Assembly (NCBI GenBank): GCA_012513065.1
Contig: JAAZCX010000012.1
Location: 31,938 to 95,937 of the forward strand
Length of the DNA: 64,000 nt
Direction: 5' to 3'
DNA from: Clostridiaceae bacterium
GTDB lineage: Bacteria; Bacillota; Clostridia; TANB77; CAG-508
Position 1 is the first letter of the stretch. Each line of letters begins with the position of its first letter. Both the position numbers and the translations under genes were made by a program. Below are positions 54,776 to 64,000 of the stretch, piece after piece. Under the pieces are notes generated by a model, which worked only from the letters and a program-made list of their open reading frames with translations, was not told the origin of the DNA and did not search any database.

Positions 54776-55433
54776 ATGAAAAAATATTTAATTTGTTTTA
54801 TTATAATTTTAGCTATCATTATTTGTGGTTTATTTATTTATTTTAATGGTTTTAATAAAAATTCTAATAAAGATAAAGTTTCATATGGCGAAAAAACATC
54901 TACAAATGTAAATATTCAATCTCATAACAATTTACCTAATACTAGTAATTTATATGGTGATGATGTTTTTAATAATTCACAAGTAAAAGAATTATCTTCA
55001 TATACTACAGAAATCAAAGATAATTCTGCAGGTAGATTAACTAATATTAATTTAACCTGTTCAAGTTTAAATAATACAACTATTTCACCTGGAGATATTT
55101 TTTCTTTTAATAATGTAGTTCGGAAAATCTACTGCTGAAAAAGGATATCAAGAAGCAAGTATTATTATTAATCATAAAACTGAAAAAGGAATCGGTGGTG
55201 GAAACTGTCAAGTAAGTAGTACATTATATAACGCAATTCTTTTAGTTCCTTCTTTAGAAGTATTAGAAAGACATGAACACGGAAAAGATGTCACATATGT
55301 TCCTGACGGTAAAGATGCAGCTGTTTCTTATGGTTCATTAGATTTAAAATTTAAAAATAACTCTAACAAATCAATTCGTATTGAAGCATCTAGCAATAAT
55401 TCTTCTATAACAATAAGATTAGTTGAATTTTAA
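54776..55433 (+). CDS. VanW-domain protein, needs +1 shift at GTT-CGGA (55121-55124)
   Basis: FSFNNVV-G-KSTAEKGYQEA...GIGGGNCQVSSTLYNA...ERHEH...YVPDGKDAAVSYGSLDLKFKN, TAA at 55433. Confidence 0.88.
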
Positions 55434-55522
55434 AGGATATATTTTATATCCTTTTCTTTTTTACATATTTTAAGGAATTACTTCATATACATTTATAAAG
55501 TTTTATAGGAGGTTTCTTATAT

Positions 55523-56731
55523 ATGCGTAAATTTTTATCCTGTTTTTTTCTGATTGTTATTTTGATTTTTATTTTAACTACATTTTCTAATGCATTTGTT
55601 GATAATTCTTTTATATGGTCTGGAGATTATGTTATTGAAACTTCAACTTCTTCAGATGTTGATTTACAATTTGAATCAGCAAGTGCTATTCTAATTGAAC
55701 AAAATTCTGGTAAAATTTTATATGAACATAATTCACATGAACAGTTACGACCAGCTTCTGTTACTAAAGTAATGAGTATTTTACTAATTATGGAAGCATT
55801 AGATAGTGGTAAAATTTCTTTAGATGATAAAGTACCTTGTAGCGAACAAGCAGCAAATATGGGTGGCTCACAAATTTGGTTAGATGTTCGTGAGGAATTG
55901 ACAGTAAATGAGATGTTAAAAGCAATTTGTGTAGCTTCTGCTAATGATTGTACTGTTGCAATGGCAGAATATTTAGCTGGATCACAAGAAGCCTTTGTTG
56001 AAAAAATGAATATTAGAGCTAAAGAATTAGGAATGAATGATACTTGTTTTAAAAATTGTCATGGTCTTGATACTGATGGACATGTAACTTCAAGTTATGA
56101 TATTTCTTTAATGTCTAGAGAATTATTAAAAAATCATCCTTCAATAACTAATTATACAACTATATGGATGGACACTTTAAGAGATGGTAAATCAGAATTA
56201 GTTAATACTAATAAATTAATTAGAAATTATAAAGGTGCAACTGGACTTAAAACTGGTTCTACAGATCTTGCTTTATATAATTTATCTGCTAGTGCTACAA
56301 GAGATAATCTTTCATTAATTGCAGTTATTATGAAATCACCTTCTACTAAAATCCGTTTTTCTGAAGCTCAAAAATTATTAGATTATGGTTTTAGTAATTA
56401 TTCTTATGTGTCATTTGCTAAAAAAGATACTATATTAAAAAATATTAATATCTCTAAAGGTGTTAACCCTTTCGTTAATCTTGTTTATGAATGTGACTCT
56501 GGTGCTTTATTAAAAAAAGGAGCAGAAAATGAAATTGAACAAATAGTAAATATCTATGATAATATTAAAGCTCCTATTTCTAAAGGACAAAAATTAGGTG
56601 AAATAAACTATTTATTAAATGGCGAAAACATTGGAAATACAGCTCTTGTTTCAGATATAGAGATAAAGAAAATCACTTTAAGTAATATGTATGAGCATAT
56701 ACTTTTTGATTGGTTCTACCTTTTACGATAG
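55523..56731 (+). CDS. dacF: D-alanyl-D-alanine carboxypeptidase (DacF-like)
   Basis: PASVTK (SxxK), SAND, GLKTG, GGSQIWL. Confidence 0.85.
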   Translation: MRKFLSCFFLIVILIFILTTFSNAFVDNSFIWSGDYVIETSTSSDVDLQFESASAILIEQNSGKILYEHNSHEQLRPASVTKVMSILLIMEALDSGKISLDDKVPCSEQAANMGGSQIWLDVREELTVNEMLKAICVASANDCTVAMAEYLAGSQEAFVEKMNIRAKELGMNDTCFKNCHGLDTDGHVTSSYDISLMSRELLKNHPSITNYTTIWMDTLRDGKSELVNTNKLIRNYKGATGLKTGSTDLALYNLSASATRDNLSLIAVIMKSPSTKIRFSEAQKLLDYGFSNYSYVSFAKKDTILKNINISKGVNPFVNLVYECDSGALLKKGAENEIEQIVNIYDNIKAPISKGQKLGEINYLLNGENIGNTALVSDIEIKKITLSNMYEHILFDWFYLLR

Positions 56732-56811
56732 CTTAAAATTGATTTGTTTAACATAATATGTTATAATATAAGTATAACAATATGTTATCATACCTTAAAG
56801 GAGGAATCATT

Positions 56812-57006
56812 ATGAGAGAATACATTGGAATTAGCAAATTTGCTAAACGCAACAATAATGAAAGACACGGTTTTCCTATTACGAGAAATAGATCTTATGC
56901 TACAGGGCATAACTCAACGACAGCATCTTCTTCTCAATCAGGAAACGAAAGTTTTCTAACAAATTATGAATTACGAGAAGGATTTAAGAAAGCTTTTTCT
57001 TCTTAG
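56812..57006 (+). CDS. Small hypothetical protein
   Basis: AAGGAGG RBS before ATG 56812; strong terminator follows. Confidence 0.5.
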   Translation: MREYIGISKFAKRNNNERHGFPITRNRSYATGHNSTTASSSQSGNESFLTNYELREGFKKAFSS

Positions 57007-57018
57007 TTGACCTTCTTT

Positions 57019-57055
57019 AGAAGCACAGAGAGAATTCTCTCTGTGCTTCTTTTTT
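57019..57055. terminator. Terminator hairpin between convergent genes
   Basis: Perfect palindrome AGAAGCACAGAGAGAATTCTCTCTGTGCTTCT followed by T run. Confidence 0.8.
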
Positions 57056-57058
57056 ATT

Positions 57059-57664
57059 TTATTCACCTAAATTTTCGTTATTATAATCTTCATTTTCTTT
57101 AAAAGTAAAATCTTCTGGTTCATCATATTTGACTTCATATTTTATTGGTTTATTTCTTTTAGGATGAAATTTGTTTGTATTTGGAATAACAACATTTATA
57201 TTTTCTTCTTCACTATCTTTTTTAGTTTTTATATTTTTATTTTCTTCGTTATTTTTTTCTTTTTCTTTATTAAAAATATTATTAGCTTTTTCTAGTAAGT
57301 CTGGTATATAGTCAAGCAATTTATCTACCGCTGATGTGTGATTAACAGGAAGTAATTTTACATTTTCTCCTTGTACTATTATGAACGCTACCGGAGATAT
57401 ACTTACTCCCGCTCCACTACCACCTCCGAATGGTAATTTATATTGGATAGCCTCTTCCTTATCTTTTTTAGAATATTCTTCAATTGTTTCACCTCTAAAT
57501 TCACTTCCTCCTGCTGCAAAACCGAATCCTACTTTTGATATTGGAATTATTATTATATCGTTCGAAGTTTCAATTGGTTCTCCTATTATTGTATTAACAT
57601 CTATCATATCTCTAATACTATTCATAGCGGTAAGCATAAGACCTTCTATTGGATGTTCTCTCAT
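57059..57664 (-). CDS. ytfJ: Sporulation protein YtfJ/GerW
   Basis: HPIEGLM, DVNTIIGEPI, FGFAAGGSEF, FGGGSGAGVSISPVAF. Confidence 0.92.
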   Translation of the reverse strand: MREHPIEGLMLTAMNSIRDMIDVNTIIGEPIETSNDIIIIPISKVGFGFAAGGSEFRGETIEEYSKKDKEEAIQYKLPFGGGSGAGVSISPVAFIIVQGENVKLLPVNHTSAVDKLLDYIPDLLEKANNIFNKEKEKNNEENKNIKTKKDSEEENINVVIPNTNKFHPKRNKPIKYEVKYDEPEDFTFKENEDYNNENLGE

Positions 57665-58265
57665 GTTTTTTACTTCCTTTCTTTTTATAAATCAACATAC
57701 TATTAATAATATGTACTATTTTTATTTGAATTATACTGTCTAATTCTATATAATACTCATTTTTTATATTATATAGTGGTTTAACAAAATACTTACATTC
57801 TTCTTTATTTTTACACTCTAATAAATTAGCTAATATAATTCCTATAAAACTAGATATTATTGCAATTAGATAAGATGTTAATATAACATCTTCTGTTCCT
57901 AATTCAATTTTTAATTTAATTTTATTTATCTTTATATTCATTTTTTCTAATATAATACATAAATTTTTATTTATTGGAACTTTATCTTTTATTTCTTTAA
58001 AATCTATTTTTCCTAGTTTTTCGCTAGAATAAATTTTTTCCATTTTTTCATTATTTAGATTAATCCAAAAAATTGGAATTTTTCCTAAAAAACATATTAA
58101 TATTTTTACATTATATTTATTATTATCTATTTTTTTTAAAACTTTAGTATTTTTGTCTCCAAGTTTTAAATTTTGTATATTTATTTTAATTGTAGAAGCT
58201 AATAATATTGTAGAAATAAAAGATATAAAAATAATTATACCCAAAAAAACAAAAACTAGTATCAT
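57618..58265 (-). CDS. DUF2953/YtfI-like protein
   Basis: N-terminal TM, GTEDVILT motif, overlaps ytfJ start. Confidence 0.6.
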   Translation of the reverse strand: MILVFVFLGIIIFISFISTILLASTIKINIQNLKLGDKNTKVLKKIDNNKYNVKILICFLGKIPIFWINLNNEKMEKIYSSEKLGKIDFKEIKDKVPINKNLCIILEKMNIKINKIKLKIELGTEDVILTSYLIAIISSFIGIILANLLECKNKEECKYFVKPLYNIKNEYYIELDSIIQIKIVHIINSMLIYKKKGSKKHERTSNRRSYAYRYE

Positions 58266-58332
58266 AAAACCTCCTATATAAGAAGTTATTTAATACTAGT
58301 TTTTCCATTTATTTCTTGTTTATACAATTAAT

Positions 58333-59082
58333 TTATTTTTTAGCTCTTTCTACGACTATATCTCCAAATAGTTCTTCTTGAGTTGTTATTATTTTACTTC
58401 TTCTTGATAATTCTAATAGTCCTGTAAATGCTGTGACTACTTCCTGTTTGTTATTTTCAGAAACTTTGTATAATTTATTAAATACAAATTTAGGTTTTCT
58501 TAAAAGTTCTCTAAATATCTCTTTTACTTTACTAGCTACAGAATAACTTTCTGTAATTGCAATTTTTTCTATATTTTTTGCATTTTGATTTAAACGATTT
58601 TTATTATTGTCCACAATTTGTTTGTACATTTCAATTATCATTTCAGATTGATATTCTTTTTCTAGTTTTTGTTTTGGAAGTTCTATTGTTTCTTGTAATT
58701 TTAGAAATCTTTTTGCATTAACTTCATAAAATTCTTTTAATTTTTTTGAAATTTCTTTATATTTTTTATATTCAATAATTCTTTGTAATAATTCTTCTTC
58801 AGTCAATTCTCTTTCATCATCAACTTCTGTTGGAAGTAAATTTTTAGATTTTATATATAATAAAGTAGAAGCCATAATTAGAAACTCACTTGTAATTTCC
58901 AAATTCATCTTTTCCATTTGATTAATATAAAATATATATTGATCTGTAATTTCACTTAATTTTATATCATATATATCCATTTTATTTTTATCTATTAAAT
59001 GGCATAATAAATCAAGTGGTCCTTCAAAATTTTCTAATTTTATTGCATATTTATTTGTTTCTAATGTTAAAACATTTTGCAT
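58333..59082 (-). CDS. scpA: Segregation and condensation protein A
   Basis: FEGPLDLLCHLI, SEFLIMASTLLYIKS, FTGLLEL. Confidence 0.93.
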   Translation of the reverse strand: MQNVLTLETNKYAIKLENFEGPLDLLCHLIDKNKMDIYDIKLSEITDQYIFYINQMEKMNLEITSEFLIMASTLLYIKSKNLLPTEVDDERELTEEELLQRIIEYKKYKEISKKLKEFYEVNAKRFLKLQETIELPKQKLEKEYQSEMIIEMYKQIVDNNKNRLNQNAKNIEKIAITESYSVASKVKEIFRELLRKPKFVFNKLYKVSENNKQEVVTAFTGLLELSRRSKIITTQEELFGDIVVERAKK

Positions 59083-59113
59083 TATATTTCCTCATTTCTT
59101 TTATGTTTTTATC

Positions 59114-59566
59114 TTATTCTTCAATTTTTTCCATTGCAACTTTTATATGTTCTTCTGTATATCCTTTTTTCATTAAATATTGTTTAATCTCTAATTCATT
59201 CATATTAACTGATTTTTTTAGTACTATATTATCTGCTGATTTTTGCTCATAATCTTCCATTTCATCTATATTATTTTGTATATAATCTTCTATTAATGTA
59301 TTAGAAATACCTTTTGTTGTTAGTTTATATTTTATTTCTTTTATTGATAGATTTTTCAAAGCTATAAATTCATTTATTGCTCTTTGTATATAATTTGCAT
59401 CACTAATATAACCATTTTCAATTAGATTTTGAATTATATCTTCTAATAAATTTTCATCTATTTCAGATTTAAACTTCTTTCTAATTTCTTTTTCAGTTCT
59501 CTTTTTGTATATTACATATTTTAATACTTTAGTTTTTTCTTTATCAAATTCTTCTATAGTATACAT
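59114..59566 (-). CDS. recX: Regulatory protein RecX
   Basis: RTEKEIRKK, GYISD, LMKKGY; downstream of recA. Confidence 0.8.
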   Translation of the reverse strand: MYTIEEFDKEKTKVLKYVIYKKRTEKEIRKKFKSEIDENLLEDIIQNLIENGYISDANYIQRAINEFIALKNLSIKEIKYKLTTKGISNTLIEDYIQNNIDEMEDYEQKSADNIVLKKSVNMNELEIKQYLMKKGYTEEHIKVAMEKIEE

Positions 59567-59675
59567 TAATTTCTTCCTTTGACTTATTATATTATTTTTT
59601 TACATTTTACTACACAAAAACAAAAATAGCAAGATAAAACTTGCTATTTTAAGTCTTTACTTAGATATACTTTTT

Positions 59676-60740
59676 TTATTTTTCATCTAATGATTCGTCT
59701 TCAGATTTTTCATTTTCATTTGAATCACCTAAACTTTTTTCAAAAGCTTCATTAAAATTAACTCTTATTTTTTCTTCAACTTCTTTTGCTATATCTGGAT
59801 TGTCTATTAAATATTTTTTAATATTTTCTCTTCCTTGACCAATTCTTTCTCCATTATAACTAAACCAAGAGCCACTTTTTTCTATTATATCTAAATTAAC
59901 TGCTATATCTAATATGTTACCTTCTTTTGAAATTCCTTTTCCATAAATAATATCAAATTCTGCTTCTCTAAATGGTGGAGCAACTTTATTTTTTACTACT
60001 TTTACTCTTGTTCTATTTCCTACTACTTCTCCATCTTGTTTAATACTTTCAATTCTTCTTATATCTAAACGTACTGATGCATAATATTTTAATGCTCTAC
60101 CACCAGCTGTTGTTTCAGGATTACCAAACATAACTCCTACTTTTTCTCTTAATTGGTTGATAAATATTATTACAGATTTTGATTTATTTATTGCACCAGC
60201 TAATTTTCTTAATGCTTGTGACATAAGTCTTGCTTGAAGTCCAATATGTGAATCTCCCATATCTCCATCTATTTCTGCTTTTGGTACTAATGCTGCTACA
60301 GAATCTATTACTATAACATCTAATGCTCCACTTCTCACTAATGCTTCTGCAATTTCTAATGCTTGTTCACCAGTATCTGGTTGTGAAACTATTAAATTAT
60401 CTATATCAACTCCTAAATGTTTAGCATAAACTGGATCTAAAGCATGTTCTGCATCTATAAATGCTGCCTCTCCGCCTAATTTTTGTGCTTCAGCAATCAT
60501 GTGTAAAGCTATTGTTGTTTTTCCTGAAGATTCTGGTCCATATACTTCTACAATTCTTCCTCTTGGAATTCCTCCTATACCTAAAGCTATATCTAAACTT
60601 AAAGCTCCTGTTGGGATAGCTTCAACATTCATTGCTTGAAAATCTCCTAATTTCATAACAGATCCTTTTCCAAATTGTTTTTCTATTTGTCCTAATGCTG
60701 CTTCTAATGCTCTCATTTTCTCTGAATTTTCTTTTTCCAT
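59676..60740 (-). CDS. recA: Recombinase RecA
   Basis: [28 protein letters not shown]; start at ATG 60740 after GGAGG. Confidence 0.98.
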   Translation of the reverse strand: MEKENSEKMRALEAALGQIEKQFGKGSVMKLGDFQAMNVEAIPTGALSLDIALGIGGIPRGRIVEVYGPESSGKTTIALHMIAEAQKLGGEAAFIDAEHALDPVYAKHLGVDIDNLIVSQPDTGEQALEIAEALVRSGALDVIVIDSVAALVPKAEIDGDMGDSHIGLQARLMSQALRKLAGAINKSKSVIIFINQLREKVGVMFGNPETTAGGRALKYYASVRLDIRRIESIKQDGEVVGNRTRVKVVKNKVAPPFREAEFDIIYGKGISKEGNILDIAVNLDIIEKSGSWFSYNGERIGQGRENIKKYLIDNPDIAKEVEEKIRVNFNEAFEKSLGDSNENEKSEDESLDEK

Positions 60741-60767
60741 TGTTATTCCTCCTAAAAATTTGTTTTT

Positions 60768-60814
60768 CAAACGCTTGTTTGTTATTATTATATACTAAGA
60801 TATTTTTTTGTCAA
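60768..60814 (-). promoter_or_regulatory. recA sigma-A promoter and candidate LexA box
   Basis: Minus-strand TTGACA (60814-60809), 16 nt, TATAAT (60792-60787); CAAAC-GCTT-GTTTG dyad at 60768-60781. Confidence 0.6.
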
Positions 60815-60842
60815 GTATTTTTATTATTTTTTTATTTATTTT

Positions 60843-62430
60843 TTATATACGATACCAATCTTCTAAATTATAATAACTAAAATAATTATTTCCGAGTAAT
60901 CTCTCCTGATAAACATTGATTTTTTATAACAAATATTTTATTTCTATATAATCCAATGAATGGCTGTTCATCATAAAATATTTTAATTAATTCTTTATAT
61001 TTTTCTTTTAATAATTCTTCGTTATCTATGTTTTTTACTTGTGAAATAATAGAATTTATTTCTTCATTATTATAATTCTGTAAATTTCCAGTTGATAAGA
61101 ATGTATTAAGATCTGGATTATATGAATTATATACTCCTGTTATAATTATTTCATAATTTTTTGTTTGTAATATAGTTTGATATTGACTGTCTGATACTTT
61201 CTTAATTGTTATTTTAAACCCTATTTGTTCCAATTGTTGTTTAATATTTTCTGCAACTTTTAGTCTTTCTTGATTATTTGAATTTACAGTTAACGTTATA
61301 CTAATTTTTCTGGTACGATAATCTTCTTTTTTTTGCCAAGAATTATTTTTATATTCCCATCCATTATCTGATAATATTTTTTTAGCTTCATCTGGATTAT
61401 ATCCTAAATTTGACTTATTCCATTCGTATAAATAATTATCATAATCTAATGGAAAATCTGATGCGTAGCATTCATTATTATAAACACTTGAAACTATATT
61501 GTTTTTATCAATAGAATATGATATTGCTTTTCTAACTTCTTTGTTTTTCAATATTTCATCTTCACAATTTAATGCTAGATAATCAAATTCTCTACCTTTG
61601 AATTCTGTTTTTGCATATCCTATTGTACCTATATATTGTTGTAAATTTGTATTTGCTGTTGTAAAAATATCTACATTTCCTAATTTAAAGCTATTATATA
61701 ATTCTCCAATTTCAGAATAAATTTTTATTTGTATTGTCTTAATTTTAGTATCTATGTTTCCTTTATTCCACCATTTTTCATTCTTTTTTAAAACAATATT
61801 TGTTCCATCAACTGAATCAATCTTATACATTCCTGTACCCATTGGTGTTTTTGTTGATGTATTAAAATCTTCTCCCTTGTAATAGTTATTTGGTAAGATT
61901 GGAAAAGTTAATTGATATTCAAAAAATGGTACTTCTTGACTCAAATTGATTTTAACTGTATCTGCATCTAATACTTCTACACTTGTTACTTTCTCTACAT
62001 TATAAGAATATATTGATTTTCCTTCTTTAAGTCTATCAATTGTAAATTGTATATCTTTCGCTATAAGTGCAGAACCATCTTGCCACTTTTTATTGTTATC
62101 TATTTTTATGACATATGAAGTATTTGAAGTTTTTGAACATTCAGTAGCTAAACATTTTTTTAATTTATAATTTGTGTCTAAACTTAATAATGGTTCAAAA
62201 ATTAATTTACCAATATTTAATACTTCTTTATTATTAGTTAATAAAGGATTTATTGTGTCAAAATTAGAAATTCCTAGCCTTAAGTCTTTTATATCTATTG
62301 TATTTTCAACTTGTTCTGTTTTTATTTCTGTTTGTTGTTTTTCATCTTTAAAGTAAATCATATATATTGCAAATATAATAATTCCTACAACAAATAAAAT
62401 AAAAATATATTTAAAGAAATTAGATTTCAT
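60843..62430 (-). CDS. Peptide ABC transporter substrate-binding protein (family 5), +1 shift at ACT-CGGA (60894-60891) adds C-terminus
   Basis: DTINPL, WQDGS, PMGTGMYK, VRKAISYSID; after shift ends GEITGNNYFSYYNLEDWYRI*. Confidence 0.82.
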
Positions 62431-62583
62431 TTTGCACCTCTTATTTTTATTTTGATTTTATTTATAATATAAGATATTTTGTTTTTTTTCAAGTTTTTAG
62501 TTAAAAAGATTTATTTTATTTATAGTTTTATTTTATTATGGGATTTTATTAAGATTAAAAATTTTAAATATGATAAAAATCTA

Positions 62584-62621
62584 TATTCGCATTTGAATAT
62601 TTTTGTATTCAAATGCGAATA
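62584..62621 (-). terminator. Terminator after spoVS
   Basis: TATTCGCATTTGAATA / TATTCAAATGCGAATA. Confidence 0.7.
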
Positions 62622-62647
62622 AAAAATAAAAAATTATATTATTTTTA

Positions 62648-62911
62648 TTATTTTCTTGACTCTACAATAATTCTAATACCAGTTCTATCTTCACCTTCGA
62701 CTTCTACTTCTGTAAATGCTGGTATACATACTAAGTCAACTCCTGATGGTGCGACAAATCCTCTTGCAATAGCTACTGCTTTTACTGCTTGATTCAATGC
62801 TCCTGCTCCAATTGCTTGCATTTCTGCTTTACTTTCTTCTTTTATCAAACCAGCAATAGCTCCTGCTACTGAATTTGGATTTGATTTGGATGAGATTTTT
62901 AAAACTTCCAT
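62648..62911 (-). CDS. spoVS: Stage V sporulation protein S
   Basis: SNPNSVAGAIAG, AIGAGALNQAVKAVAIARG. Confidence 0.96.
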   Translation of the reverse strand: MEVLKISSKSNPNSVAGAIAGLIKEESKAEMQAIGAGALNQAVKAVAIARGFVAPSGVDLVCIPAFTEVEVEGEDRTGIRIIVESRK

Positions 62912-63041
62912 TTTTTGCCTCCTATAATTTTATTTTTATTTTAATTACAGGTATAGTTATAATACAAAAAATAAAAATTGTCTATATTTTTTTGGAAATA
63001 TTTGGAAAAACATTTCGCTAGTTTTATTTATTTTTCGTCAT

Positions 63042-63815
63042 TTATTTTATATTAACTCTCTCTATAGATATAGCTCGACAATTATCGTCATTTACTTCTA
63101 TAATGCATCCACTTAATATACATTTTCCATCTGCCAATTTATATCTTTCTGGTAATGATGTAACAAATCTTTTTACAGAAGCTGATACATCCATTCCAAT
63201 TACAGATTTTATTGGTCCTGTCATTCCTATATCTGTAATATAAGCTGTTCCATTTTCAGTTATTTCTTCATCTGCTGTTTGAACATGTGTATGAGTTCCA
63301 AATATTGCTGTTACTTTTCCATCTAAAAAGTATTTCATGGCTATTTTTTCTGCAGTTGCCTCAGCATGAAAATCTACAATGATATAATCAGTCTTTTGTT
63401 TTACTTCTTCTATTATATCTTCCATTTTTGTAAAAGGATTATCTGATTGTACTCCCATATCAGTTCTTCCTATTAAATTAACTACACAAATTCTCTTTTC
63501 ATTACAAGTATATATATGATATCCTCTTCCTACTACTCCTCTTGAGTAATTTGCAGGTCTATTTATTTTTTCATCGTCTATAAATGTAAATATATCTTTC
63601 TTTCCCCATGTATGATTTCCCATTGTAATAGCATCTATATTTAACATTTTTAATTCTTTATATATTGCATTTGTTATTCCCATTCCACCTGCAGAATTTT
63701 CTGCATTCACAATAACAAAGTCTATTTTTTTATCTTTTTTAATTAAAGGTAATACTTCCTTTAATTTTTTTACTCCATTTTCTCCTACTAAATCTCCTAC
63801 TGCCAATATTCTCAT
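63042..63815 (-). CDS. ymdB: YmdB/TIGR00282 metallophosphoesterase
   Basis: GDLVG, NAENSAGG, TMGNH, DFHAEAT, GTHTHVQT, TDIGMTG. Confidence 0.93.
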   Translation of the reverse strand: MRILAVGDLVGENGVKKLKEVLPLIKKDKKIDFVIVNAENSAGGMGITNAIYKELKMLNIDAITMGNHTWGKKDIFTFIDDEKINRPANYSRGVVGRGYHIYTCNEKRICVVNLIGRTDMGVQSDNPFTKMEDIIEEVKQKTDYIIVDFHAEATAEKIAMKYFLDGKVTAIFGTHTHVQTADEEITENGTAYITDIGMTGPIKSVIGMDVSASVKRFVTSLPERYKLADGKCILSGCIIEVNDDNCRAISIERVNIK

Positions 63816-63945
63816 ATTAATCGCCTCTACTTTCTTTATCTATAATACTATAATTTTTTTATTTTAGCAACAATCAAATTTATTCTTAGTATATTTTTTT
63901 ATTATATGTATATAATTTATAAATATTAAAGGAGGAATAATAATT

Positions 63946-64000
63946 ATGAATATGAAAAGAGCATGTGAAATTTTAAATACTAAAAAAATATGTAATGTTT
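63946..64000 (+). CDS. Start of a probable H-type small acid-soluble spore protein (partial)
   Basis: GGAGG RBS, MNMKRACEILNT resembles SspH N-terminus; runs off window. Confidence 0.4.
   Translation, partial: MNMKRACEILNTKKICNV

Overview
Very AT-rich chromosomal segment of a spore-forming, low-GC Clostridia-like bacterium (sigH, spoVS, cotJABC, dacF, ytfJ, ytxC). Most genes lie on the minus strand. Content is mostly housekeeping: glgP, dprA, folD, dinB, tsaE/tsaB/rimI, a Lon-like protease, a GH57/GT4 glucan module, tgt, the ylxM-ffh-rpsP-khpA-rimM-trmD-rplS operon, folA/thyA, ychF, tRNA-Thr(GGT), sigH, rqcH, ligA, mutS, miaB, rpmE, scpA, recX, recA and ymdB. The standout signal is that nine genes, several normally essential (ffh, trmD, tsaB, tsaE), are interrupted at ten sites by the same lesion: one extra C at a codon boundary directly before a glycine codon, giving in-frame CGG-A or CGG-T. 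Skipping that C, or reading CGGA/CGGT as a four-base Gly codon, restores the conserved motifs and complete C-termini in every case. All ten sites are preceded by an A/T-ending four-fold-degenerate codon. This looks like a genome-wide +1 recoding rule (programmed frameshifting or quadruplet-like decoding at CGG) rather than pseudogenisation. It is inferred from the DNA alone and needs read-level, comparative and proteomic confirmation. All gene calls come from recognising motifs by eye, not from database searches.
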